Assembly (NCBI GenBank): GCA_047518015.1
Contig: JAKZRS010000048.1
Coordinates: 1-59,670 of the forward strand
Origin: Thermodesulfobacteriota bacterium
GTDB lineage: Bacteria; Desulfobacterota_D; UBA1144; Nemesobacterales; Nemesobacteraceae
DNA: 59,670 nt
Direction of reading: 5' to 3'
The first letter of the stretch is position 1; each line of letters starts with the position of its first letter. The notes beneath the pieces were generated by a model. The model saw only the letters and a program-made list of their open reading frames with translations. It did not search any database and had not been told where the DNA came from. Of the stretch, positions 31,528 through 41,948 are shown in pieces. The position numbers and the translations under genes were made by a program.

Positions 31528-31800
31528 TTATCCTCCGGCTATTGCCGGAATAATTGATACGACATCTCCGTCGTTAAGTTTCGTGTCCACTCCGTCAAGA
31601 AACCTTATGTCTTCATTGTTCACGTAGAGATTTATGAATCTTCTTACGTTTCCGCTCTCATCACAGAGCCTGTTCTTTATGCCAGGACATTCGCTTTCCA
31701 GTTCTTCTATTAGAACTGATACCGTGGATGCTTCTATCTCAAGCTCGTCTCTGTCTCCTGAGAGTTTTCTAAGAGGGGTTGGAATTCTTACCGATATCAT
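31528..31800 (-). CDS. Ubiquitin-like sulfur carrier protein (MoaD/ThiS/CysO family)
   Basis: VRIPTPLR, INLYVNNEDIRF, C-terminal PAIAGG; GGGAG SD. Confidence 0.92.
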   Translation of the reverse strand: MISVRIPTPLRKLSGDRDELEIEASTVSVLIEELESECPGIKNRLCDESGNVRRFINLYVNNEDIRFLDGVDTKLNDGDVVSIIPAIAGG

Positions 31801-31875
31801 GTTTTTCTCCCGTTTTTTCCTTGGTTTATTAGAATTTTGCTTCTACCCGGATACCAATGACTATAACACGTAACG

Positions 31876-33111
31876 CTACAGTTTTTTACTGCTGTAAAGC
31901 TCTTCAAAATCTTCAAGAGTAGGCTCTATCACCTGGGGCTTTCCAAGCCTTCCCTCAACGGCATCCTGAGTCTTAAGACCGTTTCCAGTTATTGATATCA
32001 CTATTGGTTCATCGCGGGGAATTTTTTCCTGGTCTATAAGCTTTTTCGTTACTCCGAGCGTTACTCCTCCCGCGGTTTCGGTGTAAATGCCTTCGGTCCT
32101 CGCAAGAAGCTCTATCGCATCCACTATTTCTGTGTCGCTTACGTCCTCCGCCGCTCCGCCGCTTTCCCTTATTATATTCATTGCGTAGTAGCCGTCGGCC
32201 GGAGTGCCAATAGCAAGGGATTTCGCTATAGTGTCCGGTTTTACTGGCTTGAACATCTCCCAGTTGTTTTTAAACGCGGTCGATATGGGCGAACATCCTG
32301 TTGCCTGAGCGCCGTATATTTTCGAACCCTGAGGTTCCACGATTCCGAGCAGCTCAAATTCCTTTATGGCTTTCCAGACCTTTGTGAGAAGAGAGCCGCT
32401 TGCCATCGGAATCACTATGTGCTTGGGGGCTTTCCATCCGAGTTGTTCCATTATTTCAAACGCGTATGACTTGGAACCTTCGGAATAATAAGGCCTCATG
32501 TTTATGTTCACAAAGGCCCAGTTGTATTTGTCGGCTATTTGGCTGCAGAGCCTGTTTACATCGTCGTAGGTGCCTTTTACGCCTATCAGATTCGCTCCGT
32601 AGACTATGGTGTTGAGTATTTTCGATTGTTCGAGGTCGTGGGGAATCAGTATGAAGCTTTTTAGATTTCCTGCAGCAGAAATAGAGGATACGGAGTTTGC
32701 TAAATTCCCCGTGGATGCGCAGCCGGTCGTCTCGAATCCGAACTCCTTTGCTTTTGAGAGGGCTACGGATACTACCCTGTCCTTAAAAGAAAGGGTGGGG
32801 TAGCAGACCGCGTCATTTTTTACGTAGATTTCCGAAACCCCAAGCGCCTCGGCCAGATTTCTGGCCCGCACAAGCGGAGTGTAACCTACCTGGGTTCCGA
32901 GAGTGGGCTCGGAGTCAAGGGGAAGAAGTTCTTTGTATCTCCATATGTTCTGCGGACGGGAAGCTATTTCTTCCCTCGAGAGATGCTTTTTTATCTCGTC
33001 GTAGTTGTATACAGCCTCGAGAGGACCGAAACACGTCTCACAGACATGCTTCGGCTCCTTGGGATAAAGCTCACCGCATTCCTTGCATTTAAGAGATTCT
33101 ACGAAACCCAT
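31876..33111 (-). CDS. Threonine synthase-like PLP enzyme (fold type II); possibly O-phosphohomoserine sulfhydrylase
   Basis: N-terminal CKEC..CETC, PLP lysine in PTLSFKDR, ASTGNLA, ITGNGLK; GGAGG SD; directly upstream of the sulfur carrier. Confidence 0.85.
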   Translation of the reverse strand: MGFVESLKCKECGELYPKEPKHVCETCFGPLEAVYNYDEIKKHLSREEIASRPQNIWRYKELLPLDSEPTLGTQVGYTPLVRARNLAEALGVSEIYVKNDAVCYPTLSFKDRVVSVALSKAKEFGFETTGCASTGNLANSVSSISAAGNLKSFILIPHDLEQSKILNTIVYGANLIGVKGTYDDVNRLCSQIADKYNWAFVNINMRPYYSEGSKSYAFEIMEQLGWKAPKHIVIPMASGSLLTKVWKAIKEFELLGIVEPQGSKIYGAQATGCSPISTAFKNNWEMFKPVKPDTIAKSLAIGTPADGYYAMNIIRESGGAAEDVSDTEIVDAIELLARTEGIYTETAGGVTLGVTKKLIDQEKIPRDEPIVISITGNGLKTQDAVEGRLGKPQVIEPTLEDFEELYSSKKL

Positions 33112-33140
33112 GACGCCTCCAAAATGTCAATCGGGAGTAA

Positions 33141-33168
33141 AAACTACCCTAACGGCTTTTGATGTCAA
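33141..33168 (-). promoter_or_regulatory. Putative sigma70 promoter of the thrC-like/sulfur carrier operon
   Basis: Minus strand TTGACA-N16-TAGTTT about 30 nt upstream of the ATG. Confidence 0.5.
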
Positions 33169-33295
33169 AGAAATCCCACGACTAACACTGTAGGCGTTAA
33201 GGAGTTTTTTGCTCAACTCACCCCTAATGGGCGTCTCCGGTCTTTTATTCGCAATGAGGCTTTCAGGTACACTTTCACGCAAAAAGGAGGCTCGG

Positions 33296-34087
33296 ATGAA
33301 CGTGCTTAGCGAGGACGGATTCTCAATACACGGCTTCAAGGTCAGCGAAAGCGACAGCAACTACAATTACTTGGTGGCGTGCGAAGAAACGGGGCAATGC
33401 GTGGTAATAGACCCGCTTGACCCAGTCACTCTTCTGAAAACCATAAGAGAGAGGGACTACAGGGTTAAATACGTCCTGAACACCCACGCGCATCCCGATC
33501 ACATTTACGGAAACAATCCCATAACGAAGGTTTTTCTCTCCTCGAAGATTCTTATTCATACGACGGCTCTCGACCACGTTGCTCCAAGAAGCGAAGGTAT
33601 AGAGGAGGGAGACGAGATATCGTTCGGAAAGCAGCGGCTTCAGGTGATTCATACTCCAGGGCACTGCCCGGAACACATCTCCTTTATAATCGGTGACAAC
33701 ATCTTTCTGGGAGATACGGTATTTGTCTCAGGATGCGGAAACGTAAAGTTCAGAGGGAAAGTCGAGGATCTTTATGAGACCTTTGCCTTTAAGCTTTCCG
33801 GTCTTTCTGACGGACTGAGGATGTTCTGCGGTCATGATTACGCGGAAACTAACCTTAGGTTCGCTCTTGAGCTTGCTCCGGAGAACGAAGATGCGAAGAA
33901 AAAGCTTGAGGAAATTCCCGAGGACAAGTTTCCTCGTTCAACCCTTGGGGAGGAGAGAACATACAATCCCTTTATGAGAACGGGTGATCCGGCCCTCCTG
34001 GATGCACTCAGGGAAAAAGACCCGTCTTTGGAGAATGATCCGATGGCGGTTTTCATAAAATTAAGAGAACTCAGAAACATATGGTAG
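33296..34087 (+). CDS. gloB: Hydroxyacylglutathione hydrolase (glyoxalase II)-like MBL-fold hydrolase
   Basis: THAHPDH, HTPGH, GDTVFVSGCG, GHDY, ERTYNPFMR; AGGAGG before ATG 33296. Confidence 0.75.
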   Translation: MNVLSEDGFSIHGFKVSESDSNYNYLVACEETGQCVVIDPLDPVTLLKTIRERDYRVKYVLNTHAHPDHIYGNNPITKVFLSSKILIHTTALDHVAPRSEGIEEGDEISFGKQRLQVIHTPGHCPEHISFIIGDNIFLGDTVFVSGCGNVKFRGKVEDLYETFAFKLSGLSDGLRMFCGHDYAETNLRFALELAPENEDAKKKLEEIPEDKFPRSTLGEERTYNPFMRTGDPALLDALREKDPSLENDPMAVFIKLRELRNIW

Positions 34088-34172
34088 ACTCCGTGTTTTT
34101 CTTTTTTCCTGTAAAGCGGCGTTTGCCGGCGGGGAAAGGAGAATATAAGGTCTCTCGACAAGGTTAACGAGA

Positions 34173-37100
34173 ATGAGTACGGAAGATAACTGCACAAAAG
34201 TGTCTGCGCGACTCGAGGCTCTTGCGGATAAAAGAATAGTTTTCCTCGACGGCGCTATGGGCACAATGATCCAAAGGCACGACCTCAAGGAAGAGGACTT
34301 CAGGGGAGATCTGTTTTCTGACCATCCGGTGGATCTAAAGGGCAATAACGATCTGCTTTCCCTTACAAGACCCGACGTCATATATGAAATTCACAGAAGA
34401 TACTTCGAGGCCGGTTGCGATATCGTTGAGACTAACACCTTTAGCTCCACCTCCATAGCTCAGGCCGATTACGGCCTCGAAAGCTGGGTGAGAACCCTTA
34501 ATGTAGAGTCGGCAAAACTCGCAAAGAAGGCAGCTTCTGACTTTATGGAGAAAAACCCCCATAGGTCATGTTTTGTTGCCGGAGCACTGGGTCCGACTAA
34601 CAAGACTGCGTCAATGTCCCCTGACGTAAACGATCCGTCTTACAGGGCGGTTTCCTTTGACCAGCTCGTGGAGGCTTACCGCGAGCAGACAGAAGCTCTT
34701 GTTGAGGGAGGGGTGGATATACTTCTGCCCGAGACCACTTTTGACACCCTGAACCTCAAAGCGGCCATATACGCCATTGAAACCTTTTTCGATGCGCGCG
34801 GTGGTGAGAGGATTCCAGTCATGCTTTCCGTTACCATAACGGATCGTTCCGGGCGCACCCTCTCAGGGCAGACAGTGGGGGCTTTCTGGAACTCGGTTCG
34901 CCACGCAAAACCCTTCAGCGTCGGCATAAACTGCGCGCTTGGGGCGGAAGACATGCGTCCTTACATTGAAGAACTCTCTCGAATAGCTGACTGCCGCATA
35001 AGCTGCTACCCAAATGCAGGGCTTCCCAACCCGTTGAGTGAAACCGGATATGACGAGACTCCCGAGATTACTTCTACTCTTCTTCAGGATTTCGCGGAGA
35101 GCGGTTTTCTAAATATAGTCGGCGGATGCTGCGGCACCACTCCGGAGCACATAGAAATGGTTGTGGAAAAGCTCGGAGATATTCCGCCAAGAAAGATCCC
35201 CGTTTACAAAGACACAACCAGACTAAGCGGCCTCGAGCCCTTTAGCATAACCTCTGATGCCGAAGGGCCTTTCATAATGGTTGGCGAGAGGACCAATGTT
35301 ACCGGTTCTCCCAAGTTCGCAAGGCTTGTAAAGGAAGGAGATTTTGAAGGAGCCGTTTCGGTAGCTCTTCAGCAGGTAGAAAATGGGGCGAACATAATAG
35401 ATGTCAACTTCGATGAAGGGCTTCTTGACTCTGAAGCCTGTATGGAGCGTTTCCTTAATCTTATCGCGTCGGAACCCGAGGTGGTCAAGGTACCCGTAAT
35501 GATAGACAGCTCGAAATGGTCCGTTATTGAACGAGGACTTAAATGTATTCAGGGCAAGTGCATCGTAAATTCCATAAGTCTTAAGGAAGGCGAGGAAGTG
35601 TTCTGCCAGCAGGCAAAGGCGGCAATGCGTTACGGTGCTTCGGTCGTGGTAATGGCTTTTGACGAAAAAGGCCAGGCAGCCTCAAAAGAGGATAAGGTAG
35701 CAGTCTGCAAAAGGGCTTACAGCATATTAACTGAAAAAGTGGGCATGGATCCCTGCGATATAATTTTTGATCCCAACATTCTTACGGTCGGAACAGGGAT
35801 AGAGGAACACAATTCGTATGGCGTGGATTTCATCGAAGCTGTAAGGGAAATAAAAAAATCCTGTCCAAAAGCGCTTACAAGCGGTGGGGTAAGCAACGTA
35901 TCTTTCTCCTTCAGGGGAAACAACATGGTGCGCGAAGCTATGCACAGCGCATTTCTTTACCACGCGATAAAAGCCGGGCTTGACATGGGGATAGTAAACG
36001 CGGGGATGCTCACCGTTTACGACGATATTGACCCTGAACTTCTTGAAAGAGTAGAAGACGTGCTTCTTAACCGTCATCCCGATGCCACGGAGCGTCTTGT
36101 TGAGTACGCAAAACGTTTTGAAGGTATGAAGTCCGCGGGCGCGGAAAAAGAAACTAGGCAATGGAGAGAACTTGGGGTTGAAAAACGTCTTGAGCACTCC
36201 CTTGTAAACGGCATAGCGGATTTCATCGAGGATGACACGGAAGAGGCCAGGGTCAAATACGGGAGGCCTCTTTACGTTATCGAGGGTCCTCTCATGGATG
36301 GGATGAAAGTAGTGGGGAGTCTGTTTGGTGACGGCAAGATGTTTCTTCCTCAAGTGGTGAAAAGCGCGAGAGTGATGAAAAAGGCCGTCGCATACCTCCA
36401 GCCCTTTATGGAAAAGGAAGAAAAGGGAAGCGGGGGAGTCAAAGGGAAGTTTGTTATAGCCACCGTGAAGGGAGATGTCCACGATATAGGGAAGAACATA
36501 GTGTCTGTGGTTCTCAGCTGCAATAACTATGAGGTAATAGACCTTGGGGTAATGGTTCCTTGCGAGAAAATACTCAACGTTGCAAGAGAGCATCAAGCGG
36601 ACTTCATAGGATTAAGCGGACTGATTACACCTTCTCTTGACGAGATGGTGTATAACGCGAGAGAAATGGAACGTGGGGGGCTTAATATCCCTCTTCTTAT
36701 AGGCGGAGCTACTACAAGCAGGGCTCATACGGCGATAAAAATAGCTCCTGGATACAGCGGCATAGTTGACCACATACCCGATGCCTCCATTGTTATAGGC
36801 GTGTGTAACGACATAATGAATCCGGAAAAGACCCGGCTTTACGTGGAGGAACTTAAAAAAAGCAACTCAGAGCAACGCCAGCGTTTTGAAAAAGCCCGCG
36901 GCCAGGCGGAATATATTTCTATAGAAAAGGCAAGGGAAAAAGCATTTCCGACTGAATGGGAGAATATAGCAATACAGCACCCGGGGCGGCTTGGAGTTTT
37001 TGTCTTCGACACCATCTCACTTGAAGAAGTCGCCGGTTACATAGATTGGTCTCCTTTTTTCTGGGCGTGGGAGCTCAAAGGGGTTTTCCCGAAAATACTT

Positions 37101-37877
37101 GAGCACCCCAAAAGAGGAAGCCAGGCAAAAAAACTTTACCGGGACGGTCAGGCGCTCCTTAAGCGGATAATCCTGGAGAAAGTTTTCACTCCCCGTGCGG
37201 TTGTTGGAATCTTCCGCGCAAACAGTGTCGGAGACGACGTTGAAATCCATGGAGAGGAAAAACGGGTTCTGGCCATGCTCCATTTCCTAAGACAGCAGGA
37301 AATACGGTCTAAACAAGGGCACTTTTATTGTCTTTCCGATTTTATAGCGCCAAAAGCCTCGGGCAGAGAAGATTACATGGGGGGCTTTGTGGTAACTGCA
37401 GGCGATGGGGTTGAGAAATTTTCCGCGGACTTCAAGGAAAAAGGGGATGATTACAATTCGATTATGACAAGCGTGTTGGGAGACAGAATAGCCGAGGCTC
37501 TTGCCGAAATGATCCATAAAAAAGTAAGAGACTTCTGGGGATACGGGAAAGAGGAAAAGCTCAGTTCCGAAGACTTGATAAGTGAAAAATACAGGGGAAT
37601 AAGGCCTGCTCCCGGCTACCCGTCCTGTCCTGATCACACGGGAAAGAAGATTCTCTGGGACCTTCTCGAGGCGGAAAAACACACGGGAGTATCACTTACC
37701 GAAAGCTTTGCCATGACCCCGTCGAGTTCGGTTTCGGGTTTTTACATGACCCATCCCGAATCAAGGTATTTTTCTCTTGGGAAAATACTGAAGGATCAGG
37801 TTCTGGATTATGCGAAAAGAAAGGAAATCGGTCTTGAGGAAGCGGAAAAATGGCTCCGCCCGAATCTTGGATACTGA
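34173..37877 (+). CDS. metH: Cobalamin-dependent methionine synthase
   Basis: [39 protein letters not shown]. Confidence 0.98.
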   Translation: MSTEDNCTKVSARLEALADKRIVFLDGAMGTMIQRHDLKEEDFRGDLFSDHPVDLKGNNDLLSLTRPDVIYEIHRRYFEAGCDIVETNTFSSTSIAQADYGLESWVRTLNVESAKLAKKAASDFMEKNPHRSCFVAGALGPTNKTASMSPDVNDPSYRAVSFDQLVEAYREQTEALVEGGVDILLPETTFDTLNLKAAIYAIETFFDARGGERIPVMLSVTITDRSGRTLSGQTVGAFWNSVRHAKPFSVGINCALGAEDMRPYIEELSRIADCRISCYPNAGLPNPLSETGYDETPEITSTLLQDFAESGFLNIVGGCCGTTPEHIEMVVEKLGDIPPRKIPVYKDTTRLSGLEPFSITSDAEGPFIMVGERTNVTGSPKFARLVKEGDFEGAVSVALQQVENGANIIDVNFDEGLLDSEACMERFLNLIASEPEVVKVPVMIDSSKWSVIERGLKCIQGKCIVNSISLKEGEEVFCQQAKAAMRYGASVVVMAFDEKGQAASKEDKVAVCKRAYSILTEKVGMDPCDIIFDPNILTVGTGIEEHNSYGVDFIEAVREIKKSCPKALTSGGVSNVSFSFRGNNMVREAMHSAFLYHAIKAGLDMGIVNAGMLTVYDDIDPELLERVEDVLLNRHPDATERLVEYAKRFEGMKSAGAEKETRQWRELGVEKRLEHSLVNGIADFIEDDTEEARVKYGRPLYVIEGPLMDGMKVVGSLFGDGKMFLPQVVKSARVMKKAVAYLQPFMEKEEKGSGGVKGKFVIATVKGDVHDIGKNIVSVVLSCNNYEVIDLGVMVPCEKILNVAREHQADFIGLSGLITPSLDEMVYNAREMERGGLNIPLLIGGATTSRAHTAIKIAPGYSGIVDHIPDASIVIGVCNDIMNPEKTRLYVEELKKSNSEQRQRFEKARGQAEYISIEKAREKAFPTEWENIAIQHPGRLGVFVFDTISLEEVAGYIDWSPFFWAWELKGVFPKILEHPKRGSQAKKLYRDGQALLKRIILEKVFTPRAVVGIFRANSVGDDVEIHGEEKRVLAMLHFLRQQEIRSKQGHFYCLSDFIAPKASGREDYMGGFVVTAGDGVEKFSADFKEKGDDYNSIMTSVLGDRIAEALAEMIHKKVRDFWGYGKEEKLSSEDLISEKYRGIRPAPGYPSCPDHTGKKILWDLLEAEKHTGVSLTESFAMTPSSSVSGFYMTHPESRYFSLGKILKDQVLDYAKRKEIGLEEAEKWLRPNLGY

Positions 37878-37909
37878 GAGAAAATTTCTCTGCAAAATCG
37901 AAGACTTGC

Positions 37910-37938
37910 TTGACAAACGGTTTTAAAATATCTAGAGT
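37910..37938 (+). promoter_or_regulatory. Sigma70 promoter of the IHF/HU gene
   Basis: TTGACA-N17-TAGAGT; ATCTAGAGT is repeated at 37930 and 37942. Confidence 0.6.
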
Positions 37939-37979
37939 GAAATCTAGAGTCCTAGTTCTATTTGTTTTCTAAAGCTCTT

Positions 37980-38270
37980 ATGAAAAAGTCGGATATTGAA
38001 AAAGAACTTTCACGGAAATTCAACCTTAATTCCGTAGAATCCAGAAAGGTTCTGGACGTCATAATTGACGCTATGATTGGGATGCTTCGCGACGGAAAGA
38101 GAATAGAGATAAGGCATTTCGGAAGTCTCTTTACAAAAAATTACCAGCCTTATGAAGGAAGAAATCCGAGAACAGGCGAAAAAATAGAAATTGGCGAAAA
38201 GACTCTTCCACTGTTTAGGGTAAGTAACTGGCTTGCTCCGAAACTTACAGAAAAACAGAGCGATAAGTAA
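37980..38270 (+). CDS. ihfB: Integration host factor beta / HU family DNA-binding protein
   Basis: MKKSDI, RIEIRHFG, GRNPRTGE; ATG 37980 preferred. Confidence 0.8.
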   Translation: MKKSDIEKELSRKFNLNSVESRKVLDVIIDAMIGMLRDGKRIEIRHFGSLFTKNYQPYEGRNPRTGEKIEIGEKTLPLFRVSNWLAPKLTEKQSDK

Positions 38271-38292
38271 CAGACCCCAGCGGGGGTTTGTT
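38269..38292 (+). terminator. Hairpin after ihfB (possible terminator or processing site)
   Basis: AACAGACCCC-agcg-GGGGTTTGTT. Confidence 0.45.
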
Positions 38293-38320
38293 AACAACCC
38301 TTCTTTTATAAGCGCCCCAG

Positions 38321-38836
38321 ATGCCTGTACTTGATATCCTTGTTTACCCCGACCCGGCGTTAAAGAGAAAATCCCTTTCTGTGGAGAAATTGAGCGAAGA
38401 TGTGGACCGTCTTTTAGATGATATGGCGCAGACAATGCGTGACGCTAATGGTGTTGGACTTGCGGCCCCTCAAGTTGGCAAGAACATTCGGGTTCTCGTT
38501 ATTGATATCCCCTCGCCTGAAGAGAATAAAAGTGAGTTCTATGAACTTATAAATCCCGAGATTGTTTCCTCCCGGGGATTTCAAACGGGAGAGGAAGGTT
38601 GCCTGAGCCTACCCGGGTTTTTCGCGAACATAAGAAGAAAAGAGCATGTTCGGGTATCTGCCCTTGACAGAGAAGGTAAGCGTTTCACCATTGACGCGGA
38701 TGGAATGCTGTCAAGAGTTCTTCAACATGAAATTGACCATCTTGATGGTATATTGTTTTTTGACAGACTTAGACGGCTTAAAAGAGATCTTCTTGTAAAA
38801 CAGATTAACGAGCGGTTTGTATCCGCGCGGGGTTGA
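38321..38836 (+). CDS. def: Peptide deformylase
   Basis: GVGLAAPQVG, EEGCLS, QHEIDHLDG. Confidence 0.97.
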   Translation: MPVLDILVYPDPALKRKSLSVEKLSEDVDRLLDDMAQTMRDANGVGLAAPQVGKNIRVLVIDIPSPEENKSEFYELINPEIVSSRGFQTGEEGCLSLPGFFANIRRKEHVRVSALDREGKRFTIDADGMLSRVLQHEIDHLDGILFFDRLRRLKRDLLVKQINERFVSARG

Positions 38837-38874
38837 CTTCCCATTCTACTCGATTCTTCAGGTGCTTTCGCGAC

Positions 38875-40014
38875 ATGATTTCGGATCTGGTTAAAAACAT
38901 AGAACCTTTCTATGTGATGGATATCCTTGAAAGGGCAAAGCAGCTTGAGAATGAGGGGTGGGACATAGTCCATTTCGAGGTCGGAGAACCTGATTTCAAT
39001 ACCCCGGAAGAGATATGCTCGGCCGCTGTGCATTGGATAGAGAAAGGCTACACAAAATACACAAGCAGCCTTGGAATTGAGGAGCTTCGCAAAAGTGTCG
39101 CAGAGGATTACAGCCGTACCTACGGCGTGGAAGTCGGGTATGAAAGGGTAATAATAACTATAGGCAGTTCCCCTGCGCTTCTGCTGGCGATGCTGACTGT
39201 TCTTAACCCCGGTGATGAAATATTAATAACGGACCCCCATTACGCATGTTATCCGCAGATAATAAGTGTTGCGAGAGGAGTTGCAAAGAAAATACCCGTT
39301 TACGAAAGCGATGGTTACCAAGTTGACCCTGCGGAAATCAGAAAAAACATCGGCAAGAAAACAAAGGCTATCCTGGTAAACTCTCCAGCTAATCCTACCG
39401 GGGCGGTTATGGACAGGGATGTTCTCCGGGAACTGTCCGAGATGGGTCTTTTTGTGATCTCAGATGAAATATATCACGGTCTTGTCTACGGTGCGCACGT
39501 TAACTCGATTCTGGAATTCACTGATGAAGCCATAGCGATAAACGGCTTTGCCAAACTTTATTCCATGACGGGTTGGCGTCTTGGTTACATGATAGTTCCC
39601 AAGAACCTCGTAAGGTATGTGCAGAAACTTCAGCAGAATCTTTTTATCTCCGCGGGATCTTTCGTTCAGAAAGCAGGAGTCGAGGCTATTGAAAAAGTGA
39701 AAAAAAGCGGCAAAAATGAAGCCATCGTAGCCGAGTTTGATAAAAGAAGGAAGGAAATGATAAAAGGACTTTCCTCGATCGGATTTGATATCGCAGTTGA
39801 GCCTAAGGGGGCATTCTACGTTTTTGTGAATTCTTCCAGATGGAGCCGGGACTCCTGGCGCCTCGCGTTTGATATTCTCGAGAACTGCCATGTGGGTGTA
39901 ACTCCCGGAATAGATTTCAGCGACAGGGGAAGAGATTATCTGAGGTTTTCCTATACGACTTCAGTTGATTCCATAAGGGAAGGCATAAGAAGACTGGGTG
40001 AGTTTCTGGGATGA
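38875..40014 (+). CDS. Class I/II PLP aminotransferase (aspartate aminotransferase-like)
   Basis: GEPDF, NSPANPTG, SDEIY, AKLYSMTGWRLG, LRFSY; ATG 38875 preferred. Confidence 0.92.
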   Translation: MISDLVKNIEPFYVMDILERAKQLENEGWDIVHFEVGEPDFNTPEEICSAAVHWIEKGYTKYTSSLGIEELRKSVAEDYSRTYGVEVGYERVIITIGSSPALLLAMLTVLNPGDEILITDPHYACYPQIISVARGVAKKIPVYESDGYQVDPAEIRKNIGKKTKAILVNSPANPTGAVMDRDVLRELSEMGLFVISDEIYHGLVYGAHVNSILEFTDEAIAINGFAKLYSMTGWRLGYMIVPKNLVRYVQKLQQNLFISAGSFVQKAGVEAIEKVKKSGKNEAIVAEFDKRRKEMIKGLSSIGFDIAVEPKGAFYVFVNSSRWSRDSWRLAFDILENCHVGVTPGIDFSDRGRDYLRFSYTTSVDSIREGIRRLGEFLG

Positions 40015-40111
40015 GCATTCTTCGAAAAAGAAAAAGACTTGCCTTGCTTGTAATCAGGAAGTAGCTTTCTGCGTTTTTAGAACAAGACGAATTCTCGTCA
40101 AAGGATAGTAG

Positions 40112-40906
40112 ATGGATAAAAAGCTTGTTGTTGGAAACTGGAAAATGAACCTGCTTCGGGAGGAAGCACAGGAGCTGTCTGGCTCAATAGTCAACCTGCT
40201 GGGAGAAGACTACGATGCCTGTCAGGTAGTGCTTGTGCCTCCCTACACGGCTCTTGACGTAGTACGGAGCTGTATCTCGGGTTCAAACATAGATCTTGGG
40301 GCTCAAAACGTTTTCGGTAAGATTGGGGGAGCTTTTACGGGTGAGGTGTCTGCGCCGATGCTCGTGGATGCTGGATGTAAGTGGGTTATTCTCGGCCATT
40401 CCGAAAGAAGACACATAATTGGAGAAACTGATGAACAGATAAGCGAAAAGGTCTCCCTTTCAATTTCCTGCGGCTTGAAAATAATCCTCTGTGTGGGAGA
40501 AACTGAAGCCGAGAGGGAGGAGGCGGTTTGCAGAAGTGAAGACGCTTTGATGAGGAAAAGACTCCTCTTTTCACCAATAAAAACTCAGGTAGAAAGCGCA
40601 TTACACTCTCTGGATGAAGAACAGGTCTCGGATATCGTTATAGCGTATGAACCAGTCTGGGCCATAGGGACTGGGGAAAACGCTACTTCTTTGGAAATAG
40701 CTGAAATCCATCAATATATAAGAGAACTTCTGACTGGAATGTTTCCCGGTTCGGGTAATAATGTAAAATTTCTATATGGCGGTAGCGTTAAAACGGGTAA
40801 TATAGCCGAGATTATGTCCGTTAAAGAAGTTGACGGAGTTCTGGTTGGGGGAGCCAGTCTTTCGGTCGACTCTTTTTTTAGAGTAACAAAATCCGTTGGG
40901 GGTTAG
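40112..40906 (+). CDS. tpiA: Triosephosphate isomerase
   Basis: GNWKMN, GHSERR, AYEPVWAIGTG, YGGSV, LVGGASL. Confidence 0.97.
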   Translation: MDKKLVVGNWKMNLLREEAQELSGSIVNLLGEDYDACQVVLVPPYTALDVVRSCISGSNIDLGAQNVFGKIGGAFTGEVSAPMLVDAGCKWVILGHSERRHIIGETDEQISEKVSLSISCGLKIILCVGETEAEREEAVCRSEDALMRKRLLFSPIKTQVESALHSLDEEQVSDIVIAYEPVWAIGTGENATSLEIAEIHQYIRELLTGMFPGSGNNVKFLYGGSVKTGNIAEIMSVKEVDGVLVGGASLSVDSFFRVTKSVGG

Positions 40907-40909
40907 AAA

Positions 40910-41386
40910 TTGGAATTCTTGATACCGTCGGTAAAAATTATTCATATAGTGCTCAGTGTGCTTCTTGTACTGATCATACTGTTTCAGCCGAGCAAATCTG
41001 GCGACATAGGCTCAATGTTCGGAGGTGGAAGTTCAGAGTCAGTCTTTGGCTCAAGTGGAGCAATGCCTTTTCTTGTGAAAATGACGAGGCTCCTTGGGCT
41101 TCTATTTGTAATTACTTCTCTTTTTCTGGGTTACACTTCCGTAAAGTCGATAACGGGTTCGGTTGTGGAGAAATCGCCGAGCGAAATGTTTGAGGAATTT
41201 TCTCAGCCAAACGAAGAGCCTTCGGAAAAATCCCCGGGGCAGACCCCTGATGTGGAACAAACTGAACAATTGCACGAAGTTAAAACGGATGTGGGTGCTA
41301 AATCAGCGCCTGCTTCCTTAGCCGATACCGCTCCGGCCCAAGTGGCCCCTGAACTCAAAGATTCTAGCAAAACACCTGAAGAGTAA
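40910..41386 (+). CDS. secG: Preprotein translocase subunit SecG with long acidic C-terminal tail
   Basis: Two TM helices around ILFQPSK..GSMFGGGSS..FG; follows tpiA; TTG start. Confidence 0.88.
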   Translation: MEFLIPSVKIIHIVLSVLLVLIILFQPSKSGDIGSMFGGGSSESVFGSSGAMPFLVKMTRLLGLLFVITSLFLGYTSVKSITGSVVEKSPSEMFEEFSQPNEEPSEKSPGQTPDVEQTEQLHEVKTDVGAKSAPASLADTAPAQVAPELKDSSKTPEE

Positions 41387-41489
41387 AAAACCACTTGTTT
41401 GGTGTCTTTTATTTGCAAGAACTTTAGTTAGTATAGAGAAAATAAGTTTGTACAATAGCAACGCGCCAGTTTGGAGGTTTTAAATAAAG

Positions 41490-41756
41490 ATGGCATACAT
41501 AATTGCCGAACCATGTATCGGAGTGAAAGACAAAGCTTGTGTCGAGGCATGTCCGGTTGATTGCATATATGAAGGAGATGATCAGTTGATTATCCATCCC
41601 GATGAATGTATAGACTGCGGAGCATGTGTTGACCCATGCCCGGTGGATGCCATATTTCACGAAGACGAATTGCCCGAGAAATGGCAGGAGTTTATTGATA
41701 TAAACAAAGATTTTTTTGAGGGCAAAGAAGGCCTTGAGCCGGCCAGGAATGACTGA
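41490..41756 (+). CDS. Dicluster (7Fe-type) ferredoxin
   Basis: [18 protein letters not shown] and [16 protein letters not shown]; GGAGG SD. Confidence 0.93.
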   Translation: MAYIIAEPCIGVKDKACVEACPVDCIYEGDDQLIIHPDECIDCGACVDPCPVDAIFHEDELPEKWQEFIDINKDFFEGKEGLEPARND

Positions 41757-41781
41757 ACTTCAGTAAGAAAAAACTTTAGAG

Positions 41782-41820
41782 AAGAAAGGGGGACCTGAGA
41801 AGTTCATGTCCCCCTTTCTT
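41782..41820. terminator. Intrinsic terminator after the ferredoxin gene, likely bidirectional
   Basis: AAGAAAGGGGGAC-N13-GTCCCCCTTTCTT perfect 13-bp stem. Confidence 0.75.
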
Positions 41821-41948
41821 ATGTTTACGAGCAGGTTTTCTGTCCGGATCGATGTCGCGTGTGGGGAGACACCTTATAACTTCCCTTGGCGTCAAATCCT
41901 ATCTGCTTGCGGCCTGAGAAGTTTTGCGTATATATTTTGCTGTTCAAG

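Noticed and set aside
34088-34172. SAM or cobalamin riboswitch before metH
   Set aside because: Only 85 nt and no recognisable SAM-I or B12-box sequence.
41387-41489. tRNA-Leu often found after secG
   Set aside because: No cloverleaf in the 103-nt spacer.
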